Part shown: in pieces, positions 46,390 through 58,879 of the stretch
Layout: the number at the start of each line of letters is the position of its first letter
Position numbering within the stretch: position 1 is the first letter of the stretch
Source: Heterodontus francisci
Lineage: Eukaryota
Direction: 5' to 3'
Length of the DNA stretch: 64,000 nucleotides
NCBI RefSeq assembly: GCF_036365525.1
Contig: NC_090399.1
Span: 66,582,862-66,646,861 of the forward strand
Translations under genes and position numbers: made by a program
Notes under the pieces: generated by a model
Told to the model about the DNA's origin: nothing
The model's input: the letters and a program-made list of their open reading frames with translations, nothing else
Databases searched by the model: none

Positions 46390-48007
46390 TCTGAGCCCAT
46401 CTGGAGAACATAGAGAACGGACCTGAATGAGAAGGGCAGCTGCAGAGAGATTCAAACCGGTGAAAGAAAGGGAGGCCCGGCACACGGAGAGCGGACCTGT
46501 GTGAGAAAGGCAGCGGCGGCAGAGAGGGAGGCCCGGCACACGGAGAGCGGACCTGTGTGAGAAAGGCAGCGGCGGCAGAGAGGGAGGCCCGGCACACGGA
46601 GAGCGGACCTGTGTGAGAAAGGCAGCGGCGGCAGAGAGCCCTTTCTACCTGTTTCCCCCTGTCATAGCCGAGTTGGACGTCACAGGAAAACAGGTAGGTG
46701 ATTGGTGGGTATCTCTTCCGTGTCTCTTTTTCGCCAAGGGGTTTAAAACAAGAGACGTTATTACAGCTGAAGAGTACAGTTAAGAAATTCACCTTTAAAA
46801 TGTTTAACATCCAAATTAAATAATTAAATGGAATAAAGATGGCTGGGCAGGAGATGTGTTGCAACTGCAGTCTGTGAGAGCTGGTGGACGCCGGTGTGAT
46901 TCACGGTGACCACATCTGCAGCAAGTGTTGGCTGCTCGAGGACCTTCGGCTCAGTGTTGATGAGCTGGAGTCCGAGCTGCAGACACTGCGACACATCAGG
47001 GACTGGGAGAGTTAGCTGGACACTGTGTTTCAGGAGACAGTCACACCCTTTATCTTAATTACATCCAATCTGGACCGTGGTCAGGGACAGGAGGGTGTGA
47101 CTACGAGTGAGGCAGGTATCGGGATCAAGAATTTAGCTTTGGAGGAGCCTCAGCCAGTGCCCTTATCCCATAGGTACGAGGTTCTTGCTCCCAGTGTGGA
47201 CGAGAGCACAGACTACAGGGAGGATGAGCAAACTGACCACAGCACCGTGGTTCAGAGTACCATTCAAGTGGTGGGGGTGGGGAGGGAGGGAGAGAAGAGA
47301 AATGTGGTAGTCATAGAGGATAGTATAGTGAGGGGAATAGATACTGTTCTCTGCAGCAAAGACAGGGAATCCCGAAGGCAGTGTTGCCTACCTGGTGCCA
47401 AGATTAAGGACATCTCTTCTGGGCTGGAGAGGAACTTGGAGTGGGAGGGAAAGGATCCAGTTGTCGTGGTCCACATAGGCACCAACGACATAGGTAGAAT
47501 TAGGAAAGAGGTTCTGCTGAGGGACTATGAGCACCTCAGGGCTAAATTAAAAAGCAGAACCACAATGATAATAATCTCCGGATTACTACTTGAGCCACGT
47601 GCAAATTGGTGTCGGGTAAATAAGATTAGAGAGGTAAACAGGTGGCTCAAAGATTGGTGTGGGAGAAATGGGTTCCGATTCATGGGGCACTGGCACCAGT
47701 ACTGGGGAAAGAGAGCTGTTCCATTGGGATGGGCTTCATTTGAACCATGCTGGGACCAGTGTCCTGGCGAATCGTATAACTAGGGTTGCAGATAGGACTT
47801 TAAAGTAATTAGTGGGGGGCAGAGTTCAATTGAACGGAAGTTTAAAAAATCAAGAAGAAACGTGAGAGCAAAGGTGCAGGGTAGTGAAGAGGTGAACGGG
47901 AATCGAAGTGTGACAGGATGGGGCAGAAAATATAAGCAGAAGAGTGCAGCAGATATTTAAAACCAGAATGAGTAATAATGGTAAAAAGGTCAAAGCTTAA
48001 GGCTCTT
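46390..48007 (+). mobile_element. CR1-type LINE 5'UTR + ORF1 (Zn-finger/leucine zipper + SGNH esterase), truncated at the ORF2 start, copy 1
   Basis: ATG at 46839. CxxC...HICSKC-LLEDLRLSVDELESEL, then EDSIVRG, CLPGAKIKD, VVVHIGTNDIG and DGLHLN. In-frame stops present. Ends at SKLKAL, where ORF2 would begin. 5' boundary approximate. Confidence 0.88.
46470..46637 (+). repeat. CpG-rich 56-bp VNTR in the CR1 5'UTR (3 copies)
   Basis: Unit GGGAGGCCCGGCACACGGAGAGCGGACCTGTGTGAGAAAGGCAGCGGCGGCAGAGA. There are 5 copies at 60549-60828 and a 77-bp version x3 at 51609-51820. Confidence 0.9.
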
Positions 48008-48009
48008 GA

Positions 48010-49952
48010 TCAATCACAATCCCCTTACAGAGTTCACCCCCTTCAAACACAATCCCCTTGCAGAGTTCCTCACCCCTTCGAACACAATCCCCTTGCAGTG
48101 TTCCCCCACTTCAAACACAATCCCCTTGCACAGTTCACCCCCTTCAAACACAATCTCCTTGCAGAGTTCCTCACCCCTTCAAACACAATCCCCTTGCAGA
48201 GTTCACCCCATTTAAACACAATCCCCTTGCAGTGTTTCCCCACTTCAAACACAATCCCCTTGCACAGTTCACCCCCTTCAAACACAATCTCCTTGCAGAG
48301 TTCCTCACCCTTTCAAACACAATCCCCTTGCACAGTTCACCCAATTTAAACACAATCCCCTTGCAGTGTTTCCCCACTTCAAACACAATCCCCTTGCACA
48401 GTTCACCCCCTTCAAACACAATCTCCTTGCAGAGTTCCTCACCCCTTCAAACACAATCCCCTTGCAGAGTTCACCCCCTTCAAACACAATCCCCTTGCAG
48501 TGTTCCCCCACCTCAAACACAATCCCCTTGCAGAGTTCACCCCCTTCAAACACAATCCCTTTGCAGAGTTCCCCCACTTCAAACACAATCTCCTTGCAGA
48601 GTTCACCCCCTTCAAACACAATCCCTTTGCAGAGTTCCCCCACTTCAAACACAATCCCCTTGCAGAGTTCCCCCACTTCAAACACAATCCCTTTGCAGAG
48701 TTCCCCACTTCAAACACAATCTCCTTGCAGAGTTCCCCCACTTCAAACACAATCCCCTTGCACAGTTCACCCCCTTCAAACACAATCTCCTTGCAGAGTT
48801 CCTCACCCCTTTAAACACAATCCCCTTGCAGAGTTCACCCCCTTCAATCACAATCCCCTTGCACAGTTCACCCCCTTCAAACACAATCTCCTTGCAGAGT
48901 ACCTCACCCCTTCAAACACAATCCCCTTGCAGTGTTCCCCCACTTCAAACACAATCCCCTTGCACAGTTCACCCCCTTCAAACACAATCTCCTTGCAGAG
49001 TTCACCCCCTTCAAACACAATCCCTTTGCAGAGTTCCCCCACTTCAAACACAATCTTCTTGCAGAGTTCACCCCCTTCAAACACAATCCCTTTGCAGAGT
49101 TCCCCCACTTCAAACACAATCCCCTTGCAGAGTTCACCCCCTTCAAACACAATCCCCTTGCAGAGTTCCCCCACTTCAAACACAATCCCCTTGCAGAGTT
49201 CACCCCCTTCAAACACAATCCCCTTGAAGAGTTCCCCCACTTCAAACACAATCCCCTTGCAGAGTTCACCGACTTCAAACACAATCCCCTTGCAGTGTTC
49301 CCCCACCTCAAACACAATCCCCTTGCAGAGTTCACCCCCTTCAAACACAATCCCTTTGCAGAGTTCCCCCACTTCAAACACAATCTCCTTGCAGAGTTCA
49401 CCCCCTTCAAACACAATACCTTTGCAGAGTTCCCCCACTTCAAACACAATCCCCTTGCACAGTTCACCCCCTTCAAACACAATCTCCTTGCAGAGTTCCT
49501 CACCCCTTTAAACACAATCCCCTTGCAGAGTTCACCCCCTTCAATCACAATCCCCTTGCACAGTTCACCCCCTTCAAACACAATCTCCTTGCAGAGTACC
49601 TCACCCCTTCAAACACAATCCCCTTGCAGTGTTCCCCCACTTCAAACACAATCCCCTTGCACAGTTCACCCCCTTCAAACACAATCTCCTTGCAGAGTTC
49701 ACCCCCTTCAAACACAATCCCTTTGCAGAGTTCCCCCACTTCAAACACAATCTTCTTGCAGAGTTCACCCCCTTCAAACACAATCCCTTTGCAGAGTTCC
49801 CCCACTTCAAACACAATCCCCTTGCAGAGTTCACCCCCTTCAAACACAATCCCCTTGCAGAGTTCCCCCACTTCAAACACAATCCCCTTGCAGAGTTCAC
49901 CCCCTTCAAACACAATCCCCTTGCAGAGTTCCCCCACTTCAAACACAATCCC
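48010..49952 (+). repeat. 33-bp satellite array 2 (~58 units) with an internal 697-bp higher-order duplication
   Basis: Same unit as array 1. Identical ORF starts at 48932 and 49629 give the 697-bp period. Confidence 0.95.
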
Positions 49953-50220
49953 TCCCTCCTGGTTACTGGATCACAGTCTGTTTTTACCCAGCTTCTTCCC
50001 TCTGTCAAACAAGTTCCCTTTTTGCCTGAAATTTCCCTCAGAACTTGCTGGTGGATCTGGTAAATGGAGCAGAGGGTCTGCGTCTACTGAGATCTCGGAG
50101 TTCACATCTACATGTCTTCACTCAATTGTTTCTCAGCACCAGTAACAAGTTTCAAATGAAGTAAAGAAAACAACAATATGTTTAATTGTGGAACCAATTT
50201 TCTGCAGAAAAATTACTTGT

Positions 50221-50578
50221 TAGATGAGATTAGATTAGAGATACAGCACTGAAACAGGCCCTTCGGCCCACCGAGTCTGTGCCGAACATCAACCACCCAT
50301 TTATACTAATCCTACACTAATCCCATATTCCTACCAAACATCCCCACCTGTCCCTATATTTCCCTACCACCTACCTATACTAGTGACAATTCATAATGGC
50401 CAACTTACCTATCAACCTGCAAGTCTTTTGGCTTGTGGGAGGAAACCGGAGCACCCGGAGAAAACCCACGCAGACACAGGGAGAACTTGCAAACTCCACA
50501 CAGGCAGTACCCGGAATCGAACCCGGGTCCCTGGAGCTGTGAGGCTGCGGTGCTAACCACTGCGCCACTGTGCCGCCC
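50221..50578 (-). mobile_element. Full-length tRNA-derived V-SINE (shark HE1-type)
   Basis: Minus-strand head GGGCGGCACAGTGGCGCAGTGGTTAGC with box A TGGCGCAGTGG and box B GGTTCGATTCC. V-domain TGTGTGGAGTTTGCAAGTTCTCCCTGTGTCTGCGTGGG. CR1-like tail GGGCCGAAGGGCCTGTTTCAGTGCTGTATCTC(TAATC)n. Empty site at ~45455 and ~59165. Confidence 0.92.
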
Positions 50579-51891
50579 AACCCCTGTGTTACGGGGGTGT
50601 GTGGAATTTTTATAACACGGGACAGGGGCCTCAGAAAGCAGTAAGACTCCAGCTAAATGGACACTACTGGAAAATCTCTCACATTGTGAAACCCGGTTTA
50701 GATATCTTCGTTCTTTATCTTTGGTCCTTACCTTATCTTACACTATATTTATTCATTGGTCATTACTATTTCTTCTGTTTTAAGTTATTTAAATTATACA
50801 CACTAACTTGCATCGAGCACTAAAGGACTAAACAAAATTTTAAACATTTACTGTCTCACGCTTACACAACCCAGTACAAGTGTTAAAGACAAAAAGCATC
50901 TCTTTTCCCCTCGACACTGAATTCCCACTCTCACTAAATTCTAACCTTCCCTCTCAGTTTCCGTTGCAATCTGTGGTTACACTGTATGTTCCAGCAGAAA
51001 TCTTTTACTTTTATATCTCACTGAATCACATCCAAGTTACAACTGTTCAGTCAGTTTCAGCACATTTACCCCCTATTCAGGCAATTACTTCCATCTGATT
51101 GACTGTTAACTGTTCATCTGACTTACACTGTTTCCTGTTCACTGTTAACCTGAATAAACTGTTCACTGTTAACCTGAATAAACTGTTCACTGTTAACCTG
51201 AATAAACTGTTCATTGTTAACCTGAATAAACTGTACACTGTACACCTGATTTATACTGTTCACCTGATTTATATTGTTCACCTGATTTATACTGTTCACC
51301 TGAATAAACTGTTCACCGGTCACCTGACTTGCAGTTTTTAAAGTCTGATGTGAAATTCTAAATGTTCAGAGCAAATTTCAGTCTGACCTCCTCACCCACT
51401 GCTTATTAAACATGAAACTTCCCACTCGGTTAATGTTCAGATCTGTGATTACACTGTGCTGTATCTGGGAGCTGATTCGATTCCTTTAATTCGCTGAGAT
51501 CAGATCGCGTTCCTTTAATTTTCTGGGATCTGAGCCCATCTGGAGAACATAGAGAACGGACCTGAATGAGAAGGGCAGCTGCAGAGAGATTCAAACCGGT
51601 GACAGAGAGGGAGGCTCGGCACACGGAGAGCGGACCTGTGTGAGAAGGGCAGCGGCGGCAGAGAGATACAAACCGGTGACAGAGAGGGAGGCTCGGCACA
51701 CGGAGAGCGGACCTGTGTGAGAAGGGCAGCGGCGGCAGAGAGATACAAACCGGTGACAGAGAGGGAGGCCCGGCGCACGGAGAGCGGACCTGTGTGAGAA
51801 AGGCAGCGGCGGCAGAGAGCCCTTTCCACCTGTTTCTACCTGTCAGAGCCGAAGTGTGACGTCACAGGAAAACAGGTAGGTGATTGGTGGG

Positions 51892-52133
51892 ACAAAAACA
51901 AGAAATGCTGGATTCACTCAGCAGGTCTGGCAGCATCTGTGGAAAGAGAAGCAGAGTTAACGTTTCGGGTCAGTGACCCTTCTTCGGAACTCCGGAGTTC
52001 CGAAGAAGGGTCACTGACCCGAAACGTTAACTCTGCTTCTCTTTCCACAGATGCTGCCAGACCTGCTGAGTGAATCCAGCATTTCTTGTTTTTGTTTCAG
52101 ATTTCCAGCATCCGCAGTATTTTGCTTTTATTT
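51892..52133. mobile_element. 242-bp Penelope-derived fold-back insertion: perfect 204-bp palindrome (51892-52095) plus tail, with 15-bp TSD
   Basis: Arms 51892-51993 and 51994-52095 are exact reverse complements (centre TCC|GGA). TAGGTGATTGGTGGG is duplicated at 51877-51891 and 52134-52148. A single-copy empty site is present at ~46695 and ~60887. Confidence 0.95.
51996..52032 (+). ncRNA. Minimal hammerhead-like motif in the right arm of the palindrome (mirror copy on the - strand at 51955-51991)
   Basis: AGTT-CCGAAGA-AGGGTCACTGACCC-GAAA-CGTT-AACT, identical to the motif in the Penelope copies. Confidence 0.62.
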
Positions 52134-53452
52134 TAGGTGATTGGTGGGTATCTCTTCCGTGTCTCTTTTTCGCCAAGTGGTTTAAAACAAGAGACGTTAT
52201 TACAGCTGAAGAGTACAGTTAATAAATTCACTTTTAAAATGTTTAACATCCAAATTAATTAATTAAATAGAATAGAGATGGTTGGACAGGCGATATGTTG
52301 CAGCTGTAATATGTGGGAGCTGGTGGACGCCGGTGTGATTCACGGTGACCACATCTGCAGCAAGTGTTGGCTGCTCGAGGACCTTCGGCTCAGAGTTGAT
52401 GAGCTGGAGTCCGAGCTGCAGACACTGCGACACATCAGGGAGGGGGAGAGTTACCTGGACACTGTGTTTCAGGAGACAGTCACACCCCTTAGATTATTTA
52501 CATCCAATTTGGACCGTGGTCAGGGACAGCAGGGTGTGACTGCGAGTGAGGCAGGTATCGGGATCCAGAATTTAGCTTTGGAGGAGCCTCGGTCAGTGCC
52601 CTTATCCAATAGGTACGAGGTTCTTACTCCCAGTGTGGATGAGGGCACAGACTGCAGGGAGGATGAGCAAACTGACCACAGCACCGTGGTTCAGAGTGTC
52701 ATTCAAGTGGTGGTGGTGGGGGGGGGGGGGGGTAGAAAAGAGAAATGTGGTAGTCACAGAGGATAGTATAGTGAGGGGAATAGATACTGTTCTATGCAGC
52801 AAAGACAGGGAATCCCGAAGGCTGTGTTGCCTACCTGGTGCCAAGATTAAGGACATCTCTTCTGGGCTGGAGAGGAACTTGGAGTGGGAGGGAAAGGATG
52901 CAGTTGACGTGGTCTACGTAGATACCGACGACATAGGTAGAATTAGGAAAGAGGTTCTGCTGAGGGACTATGGGCAGCTTGAGGCTAAATTAAAAAGCAG
53001 AACCAGAAAGGTAATAATCTCCGGATTACGACCTGAGCCACGTGCAAATTGGTGGAGGGTAAATAAGATTTGAGAGGTAAACTGGTGGCTCAAAGATTGG
53101 TGTGGGAGAAATGGGTTTCGATTCATGGGGCACTGGCACCAGTCCTGGGGAAAGAGAACTGTTCCGTTTGGATGGGCTTCACTTGAACCAGACTGGGACC
53201 AGTGTCCTGGCAAATCATATAACTAGGGTTGTAGATAGGACTTTAAAGTAATTAGTGGGGGTCAGGGTTCAATAGAAGGGAAGTTTAAAAAATCAAAAAG
53301 AAACGTGAGAGCAAAGGTGCAGGGTAGTGAAGAGGTGAACGGGAATCAAAGTGTGACAGGATGGGGCAGAAAATATAAGCAGAAGAGTGCAGCAGATATT
53401 TAAAACCAGAATGAGTAATAATGGTAAAAAGGTCAAAGCTTAAGGCTCTTGA

Positions 53453-56089
53453 TCAATCACAATCCCCTTACAGATCTCCCCCACTTCAAACACAATCTCC
53501 TTGCAGAATTCCACGCCCCCTTCAAACACAATCTCCTTGCAGACTTCACCGCCCCCCTTAAACACAATCTCCAAGCAGAGTTTCCTCCCTTCAAACACAA
53601 TCCCCTTGCAGAGTTCTCCCCTTAAACACAATCCCCTTGCAGGGTTCACCATCTTCAAACACAATCCCCTTACAGAGTTCACCCTTTCAAACACAATCTC
53701 CTTGCAGAGTTCACCCCCTTCAAACACAATCTCCTTGCAGAGTTCACCCCCTTCAAACACAATCTCCTTGCAGAGTTCACCCCCTTCAAACACAATCTCT
53801 TTGCAGAGTTCACCCCCTTCAAACACAATCTCTTTGCAGAGTTCACCCCCTTCAAATACAATCCCTTTGGAGAGTTCACCACCTTTCAAACACAATCCAA
53901 CTGCCGAGTTCACCCCCTTCAAACACAATCCTCTTGCAGAGTTCCCCCCCTTCAAACACAATCCCTTTGCAGAGTTCCCCCCTTAAACAAAATCCTCTTG
54001 CAGAGTTACACCCCTTAAACACAATCCCCTTGCAGTGTTCACCCCCTTCAAACACAATCCCCTTACAGAGTTCCCCCCTTCAAACACAATCCCCTTGCAG
54101 AGTTCACCCCCTCTTCAAACACAATCCCCTTGCAGAGTTTCCCCCCTTCAAACACAATCCCCTTGCAGAGTTCCCCCCTTCAAACACAATCCACTCGCAG
54201 AGTTCCCCCCTTCAAACACAATCTCCTTGCAGAGTTCCCCCCTTCAAACACAATCGCCTTGCAGAGTTCCCCCCTTAAACACAATCCTCTTGCAGAATTC
54301 ACCCCCTTCAAACACAATCCCCTTGCAGAGTTCCCCCCTTAAACACATTCCCCTTGCAGAGTTTTCCCCCTTAAACACAATCCCCTTGCAGAGTTCACCC
54401 TCTTCAAACACAATCCCCTTGCAGAGTTCGCCCCCATTCAAACACAATCTCCTTGCAGAGTTCCCCCCTTCAAACACAATCACCTTGCAGAGTTCCCCCC
54501 CTCTTCAAACACAATCGCCTTGCAGAGTTCCCCCCTTCAATCACAATCCCCTTCCAGAGCTCCCCTCCTTCAAACACAATCACCTTGCAGAGTTCCCCCC
54601 ATTGAAACACAATCCCCTTGCAGAGTTCCCACCCACTTCAAACACAATCCCCTTGCAGAGTTCCCCCCTTCAAACATAATCCCCTTGCAGAGTTCCCCCC
54701 TTCAATCACAATCCCCTTGCAGAGCTCCCCTCCTTCAAACACAATCCCCTTGCAAAGTTCCCCCCTTCAAACACAATCCCCTTGCAGAGTTCACCCCCAC
54801 TTCAAACACAATCCCCTTGCAGAGTTCCCCCCTTCAAACACAATCCCCTTGCAGAGTTCCCCCCTTCAAACATAATCCCCTTGCAGAGTTCCCCCCTTTA
54901 AACACAATCCCCCTGCAAAGTTCCCCCCTTCAAACACAATCCCCTTGCAGAGTTCCCCCCTTCAAACATAATCCCCTTGCAGAGTTCCCCCCTTCAATCA
55001 CAATCCCCCTGCAAAGTTCCCCCACTTCAAACACAATCTCCTTGCAGTGTTCCCCCACTTCAAACACAATCGCCTTGCAGAGTTCCCCTCCTTCAAACAC
55101 AATCACCTTGCAGAGTTCCCCCCCTTCAAACACAATCCCCTTGCAGAGTTCCCCCCCCCCACTTCAAACACAATCCCCTTGCAGAGCTCCCCTCCTTCAA
55201 ACACAATCCCCTTGCAAAGTTCCCCCCTTCAAACACAATCGCCTTGCAGAGTTCCCCCCCTCTTCAAACACAATCCCCTTGCAGAGTTCCCCCCCTTCAA
55301 ACACAATCGCCTTGCAGAGTTCCGCCCCTCTTCAAACACAATCCCCTTGCAGAGTTCCCCCCTTCAAACACAATCCCCTTGCAGAGTTCCCCCACTTCAA
55401 ACACAATCCCCTTGCAGAGCTCCCCTCCTTCAAACACAATCACCTTGCAGAGCTCCCCCCCTTCAAACACAATCCCCTTGCAGAGTTCCCCCCCCCACCC
55501 AAACACAATCCCCTTGCAGAGCTCCCCTCCTTCAAACACAATCCCCTTGCAAAGTTCCCCCCTTCAAATACAATCGCCTTGCAGAGTTCCCCCCTCTTCA
55601 AACACAATCCCCTTGCAAAGTTCACCCTCTTCAAACACAATCCCCTTGCAGAGTTCCCCCACTTCAAACACAATCCCCTTGCAGAGTTCCCCCCCTCTTC
55701 AAACACAATCCCCTTGCAGAGTTCACCCTCTTCAAACACAATCCCCTTGCAGAGTTCCCCCACTTCAAACACAATCGCCTTGCAGAGTTCCCCCCCTCTT
55801 CAAACACAATCCCCTTGCAGAGTTCCCCCCTTCAAACATAATCCCCTTGCAGAGTTCCCCCCTTCAATTACAGTCCCCTTGCAGAGCTCCCCTCCTTCAA
55901 ACACAATCACCTTGCAGAGCTCCCCCACCGTCAAACACAATCCCCTTGCAGAGTTCCCCCCCTTCAAACACAATCCTCTTGCAGAGTTCTCCACCAAACA
56001 CAATCCCCTTGCAGAGTTTCCTCTCTTCAAACACAATCCCCTTGCAGAGTTTCCCCCCTTCAAACACAATCCCCTTGCAGGTTTCTCCT
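53453..56089 (+). repeat. 33-bp satellite array 3 (~80 units, more divergent variants)
   Basis: Same unit, enriched for GAGTTCCCCCC, AATCGCC and AATCACC variants. Confidence 0.95.
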
Positions 56090-56264
56090 CATGATGATGC
56101 CGTGGTGTCGGATTGTCAGTGTTGTCATGGTGCTTCCCTCCTCTTACAAAATTGGAAATGAGCGTTACACTGGCGGGTTACATGGCAGAGGCTCTGCCAG
56201 AATTCTCCAGCTTCCCCCAAGCTGGCATTCCCACTTTCCACTGGAGCACAAAATTCATCCCTAA
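56090..56264 (+). mobile_element. Harbinger right end plus TAA (diverged copy)
   Basis: Ends AAAATTCATCCC|TAA, with many substitutions relative to 42379-42553. Confidence 0.65.
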
Positions 56265-57657
56265 ATTTTGTTACCCTGTGTCATGAACATTGGGATGGTG
56301 TTGGGAGTATTCACTTCTGTTTTAATAAAAAGGGAACTGCACTTTGTGTCTGAGTTTCTCTCTCTCCACTCAGTCACTTGTTTAAGTTGAGTCTGACAGG
56401 GTCAATGAGTAAAGCCGACACTGGGGATTGTCTCTGATTCCCTGCCTGGTGTGGGGCTCTGCGATATCACCAAGTCAGTAGCTGAGCCCAGTGACAATCC
56501 CCAGTCTGCAATATCCCAACAGTGAACTCCTCTCTTCCCCTTTCTCTGTTAGAAAGAGGCTAACACAAACTAAAGCTGGGGTTTAATCTCAGTGATGGGA
56601 ACCAGAAGTTGCTGCCAATGGTTCCCCTGGGAACTGAAGCTAGAAAGATCTGAGATTTAACAGAGTCCTGGAGTGTTCCTCACCCTGAACTACACGGAGA
56701 GAGAAATGATCCAGGGACAATTCCCCTTCACTTGGCAGCCTATATGATTGGATCTGTTGAACAAGGAGAAGCAGATTAAACTCTCGCTCCGTTCCATCCA
56801 TTTATATTGTGTTCTCAATGTCACACCTGATACTTTCTGCCTCTACTGCAAAATGTCCACAATAGAACATCAGGATTAACAGTCACAGGGTGATGGAAAT
56901 CTCTTTACACAACTGTTAATAATCTCCTTAATATAAAGCAAAGCAGAACAAGAGCCTCAAATCCCAGTGGCCCCTGTGAATTAATATTAAATATGATGTG
57001 ATATTTAGGACAGCTCCATATAAAGAAAGGGAACATGTTGAAGGAGTGTAAAGCAAGAATTTAAACTCCACACATCCTTGTAGGAACTGTGACAATTAAA
57101 GACACTACTGGAGTCATTGAGAGCCAGACACTGCAGTGTTGGAGCAGAATGGGAGAGGGGAAAGGGAGAGATCAATGGTTCATATAAATTAGGGATAAGA
57201 AACACACACAGGATCCAGATATAGATTGTGAACTCTATCCCTGACAGACAGACTCTAGTGACCTGATTGGAGAGAGTTTAGGTACATGTTGACAGAACAC
57301 GGGCTTACAGATCCCTAAATGTGTCCAAATGTCCGTCCCACTGGAGTTTACCCTGCGTCCAGGGACCATTTCCCAGTACAGGGAACTGGGATGGTTCCCA
57401 CTGATTCAGTCTCCAGGTAATGTCTCCAGTGACTGTCCTCCCAAGACACAGAGCTTCCCCCTTTAGCAATAAGATGGATAATCTACCTTCAGTGCGGTGG
57501 GTGAGGTTACACAGGGCCAGTGACAGGGTTTCAGCCCATTCGATGTTCTCAATGTTTAAATCCAGTGTCAGTAACCAGGCTGACTCAACCACCAACTACA
57601 ACATGGGAAATACATTGTTCCATATCAGGGGCTTTAACAGAGGGATCCTCACCCTGG

Positions 57658-58879
57658 TATAAAAGCAAAATACTGCGGATGCTGGAAATCTGAAACAAAA
57701 ACAAGAAATGCTGGAATCACTCAGCAGGTCTGGCAGCATCTGTGGAAAGAGAAGCAGAGTTAACGTTTCGGGTCAGTGACCCTTCTTCGGAACTGACAAA
57801 TATTAGAAAAGTCACAGATTATAAACAAGTGAGGTGGGGGTTGGGCAAGAGATAACAAAGGAGAAGGTGCAGATTGGACCAGGCCACATAGCTGACCAAA
57901 AGGTCATGGAGCAAAGGCAAACAATATGTTAATGGTGTGTTGAAAGACAAAGCATTAGTACAGATTAGGTGTGAATATACTGAATATTGAACAGCAGCAA
58001 GTGCAAACCTGAAGAAAAACAACCTGAAAAAAACAGTGGGTAAGCAAACTGAACAAACTAAGATGAAATGAAATAAATGCAAAAAAAGATTGTAAAAAAT
58101 GTAAAAAGGAATGTAAAAAAAAGGAAGAAAAAAAAATAACTAAAAATGACTAAAACTGAAAGTAAAATGGGGGGCTGTCATGCTCTGAAATTATTGAACT
58201 CAATGTTCAGTCCGGCAGGCTGTAGTGTGCCTAATCGGTAGATGAGATGCTGTTCCTCGAGCTTGTGTTGATGTTCACTGGAACACTGCAGCAATCCCAG
58301 GACAGAGATGTGAGCATGAGAGCAGGGGGGAGTGTTGAAATGGCAAGCAACCGGAAGCTCAGGGTCCTGCTTGCGGACTGAGCGGAGATGTTCCGCAAAG
58401 CGGTCACCCAGTCTGCGCTTGGTCTCCCCAATGTAGAGGAGACCACACTGTGAGCAGCGAATACAGTATACTACATTGAAAGAAGTACAAGTAAATCGCT
58501 GCTTCACCTGAAAGGAGTGTTTGGGGCCTGGGATAGTGAGGAGAGAGGAGGTAAATGGGCAGGTATTACACCTCCTGCGATTGCAAGGGAAGGTGCCCTG
58601 GGACGGGGACGAGGTGGTGGGGGTAATGGAGGAGTGGACCAGGGTGTCGCGGAGGGAACGATCCCTTTGGAATGCTGACAGGGGAAGGGAGGGGAAGATG
58701 CGACTGGTAGTGGCATCACGCTGGAGGTGGCGAAAATGGCGGAGGATGATCCTTTGGATATGGAGGCTGGTGGGATGAAAAGTGAGGACAAGGGGAACCC
58801 TGTCACGGTTCTGGGAGGGAGGGGAAGGGGTGAGGGTAGAGGTGCGGGGAATGGGTCGGACACGGTTGAGGGCCCTGTC
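57658..58879 (-). mobile_element. 5'-truncated Penelope-like retroelement, duplicated copy with open GIY-YIG C-terminal frame (58178-58879)
   Basis: Peptide ...VVYCIRCSQCGLLYIGETKRRLGDRFAEH...LEEQHLIYRLGTLQPAGLNIEFNNFRA*. TSD at 57647-57657 and 58880-58890 (1 mismatch). Confidence 0.92.
57758..57794 (-). ncRNA. Minimal hammerhead-like motif in the Penelope 3' end (duplicated copy)
   Basis: Identical to 44049-44085. Confidence 0.65.

Larger units (their letters stand above)
51525..53450 (+). mobile_element. CR1-type LINE 5'UTR + ORF1, copy 2 (more intact N-terminus), interrupted by the palindromic insertion
   Basis: ORF 52278-52766 MVGQAICCSCNMWELVDAGVIHGDHICSKCWLLEDLRLRVDELESELQTLRHIREGESYLD. 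A frameshift in a G-run leads into the esterase part (52633-53073). Confidence 0.88.

Noticed and set aside
50500-50578. tRNA-like sequence with A and B boxes (also 60385-60463)
   Set aside because: It is the head of a V-SINE, continuous with the V-domain and LINE-derived tail, not a tRNA gene.
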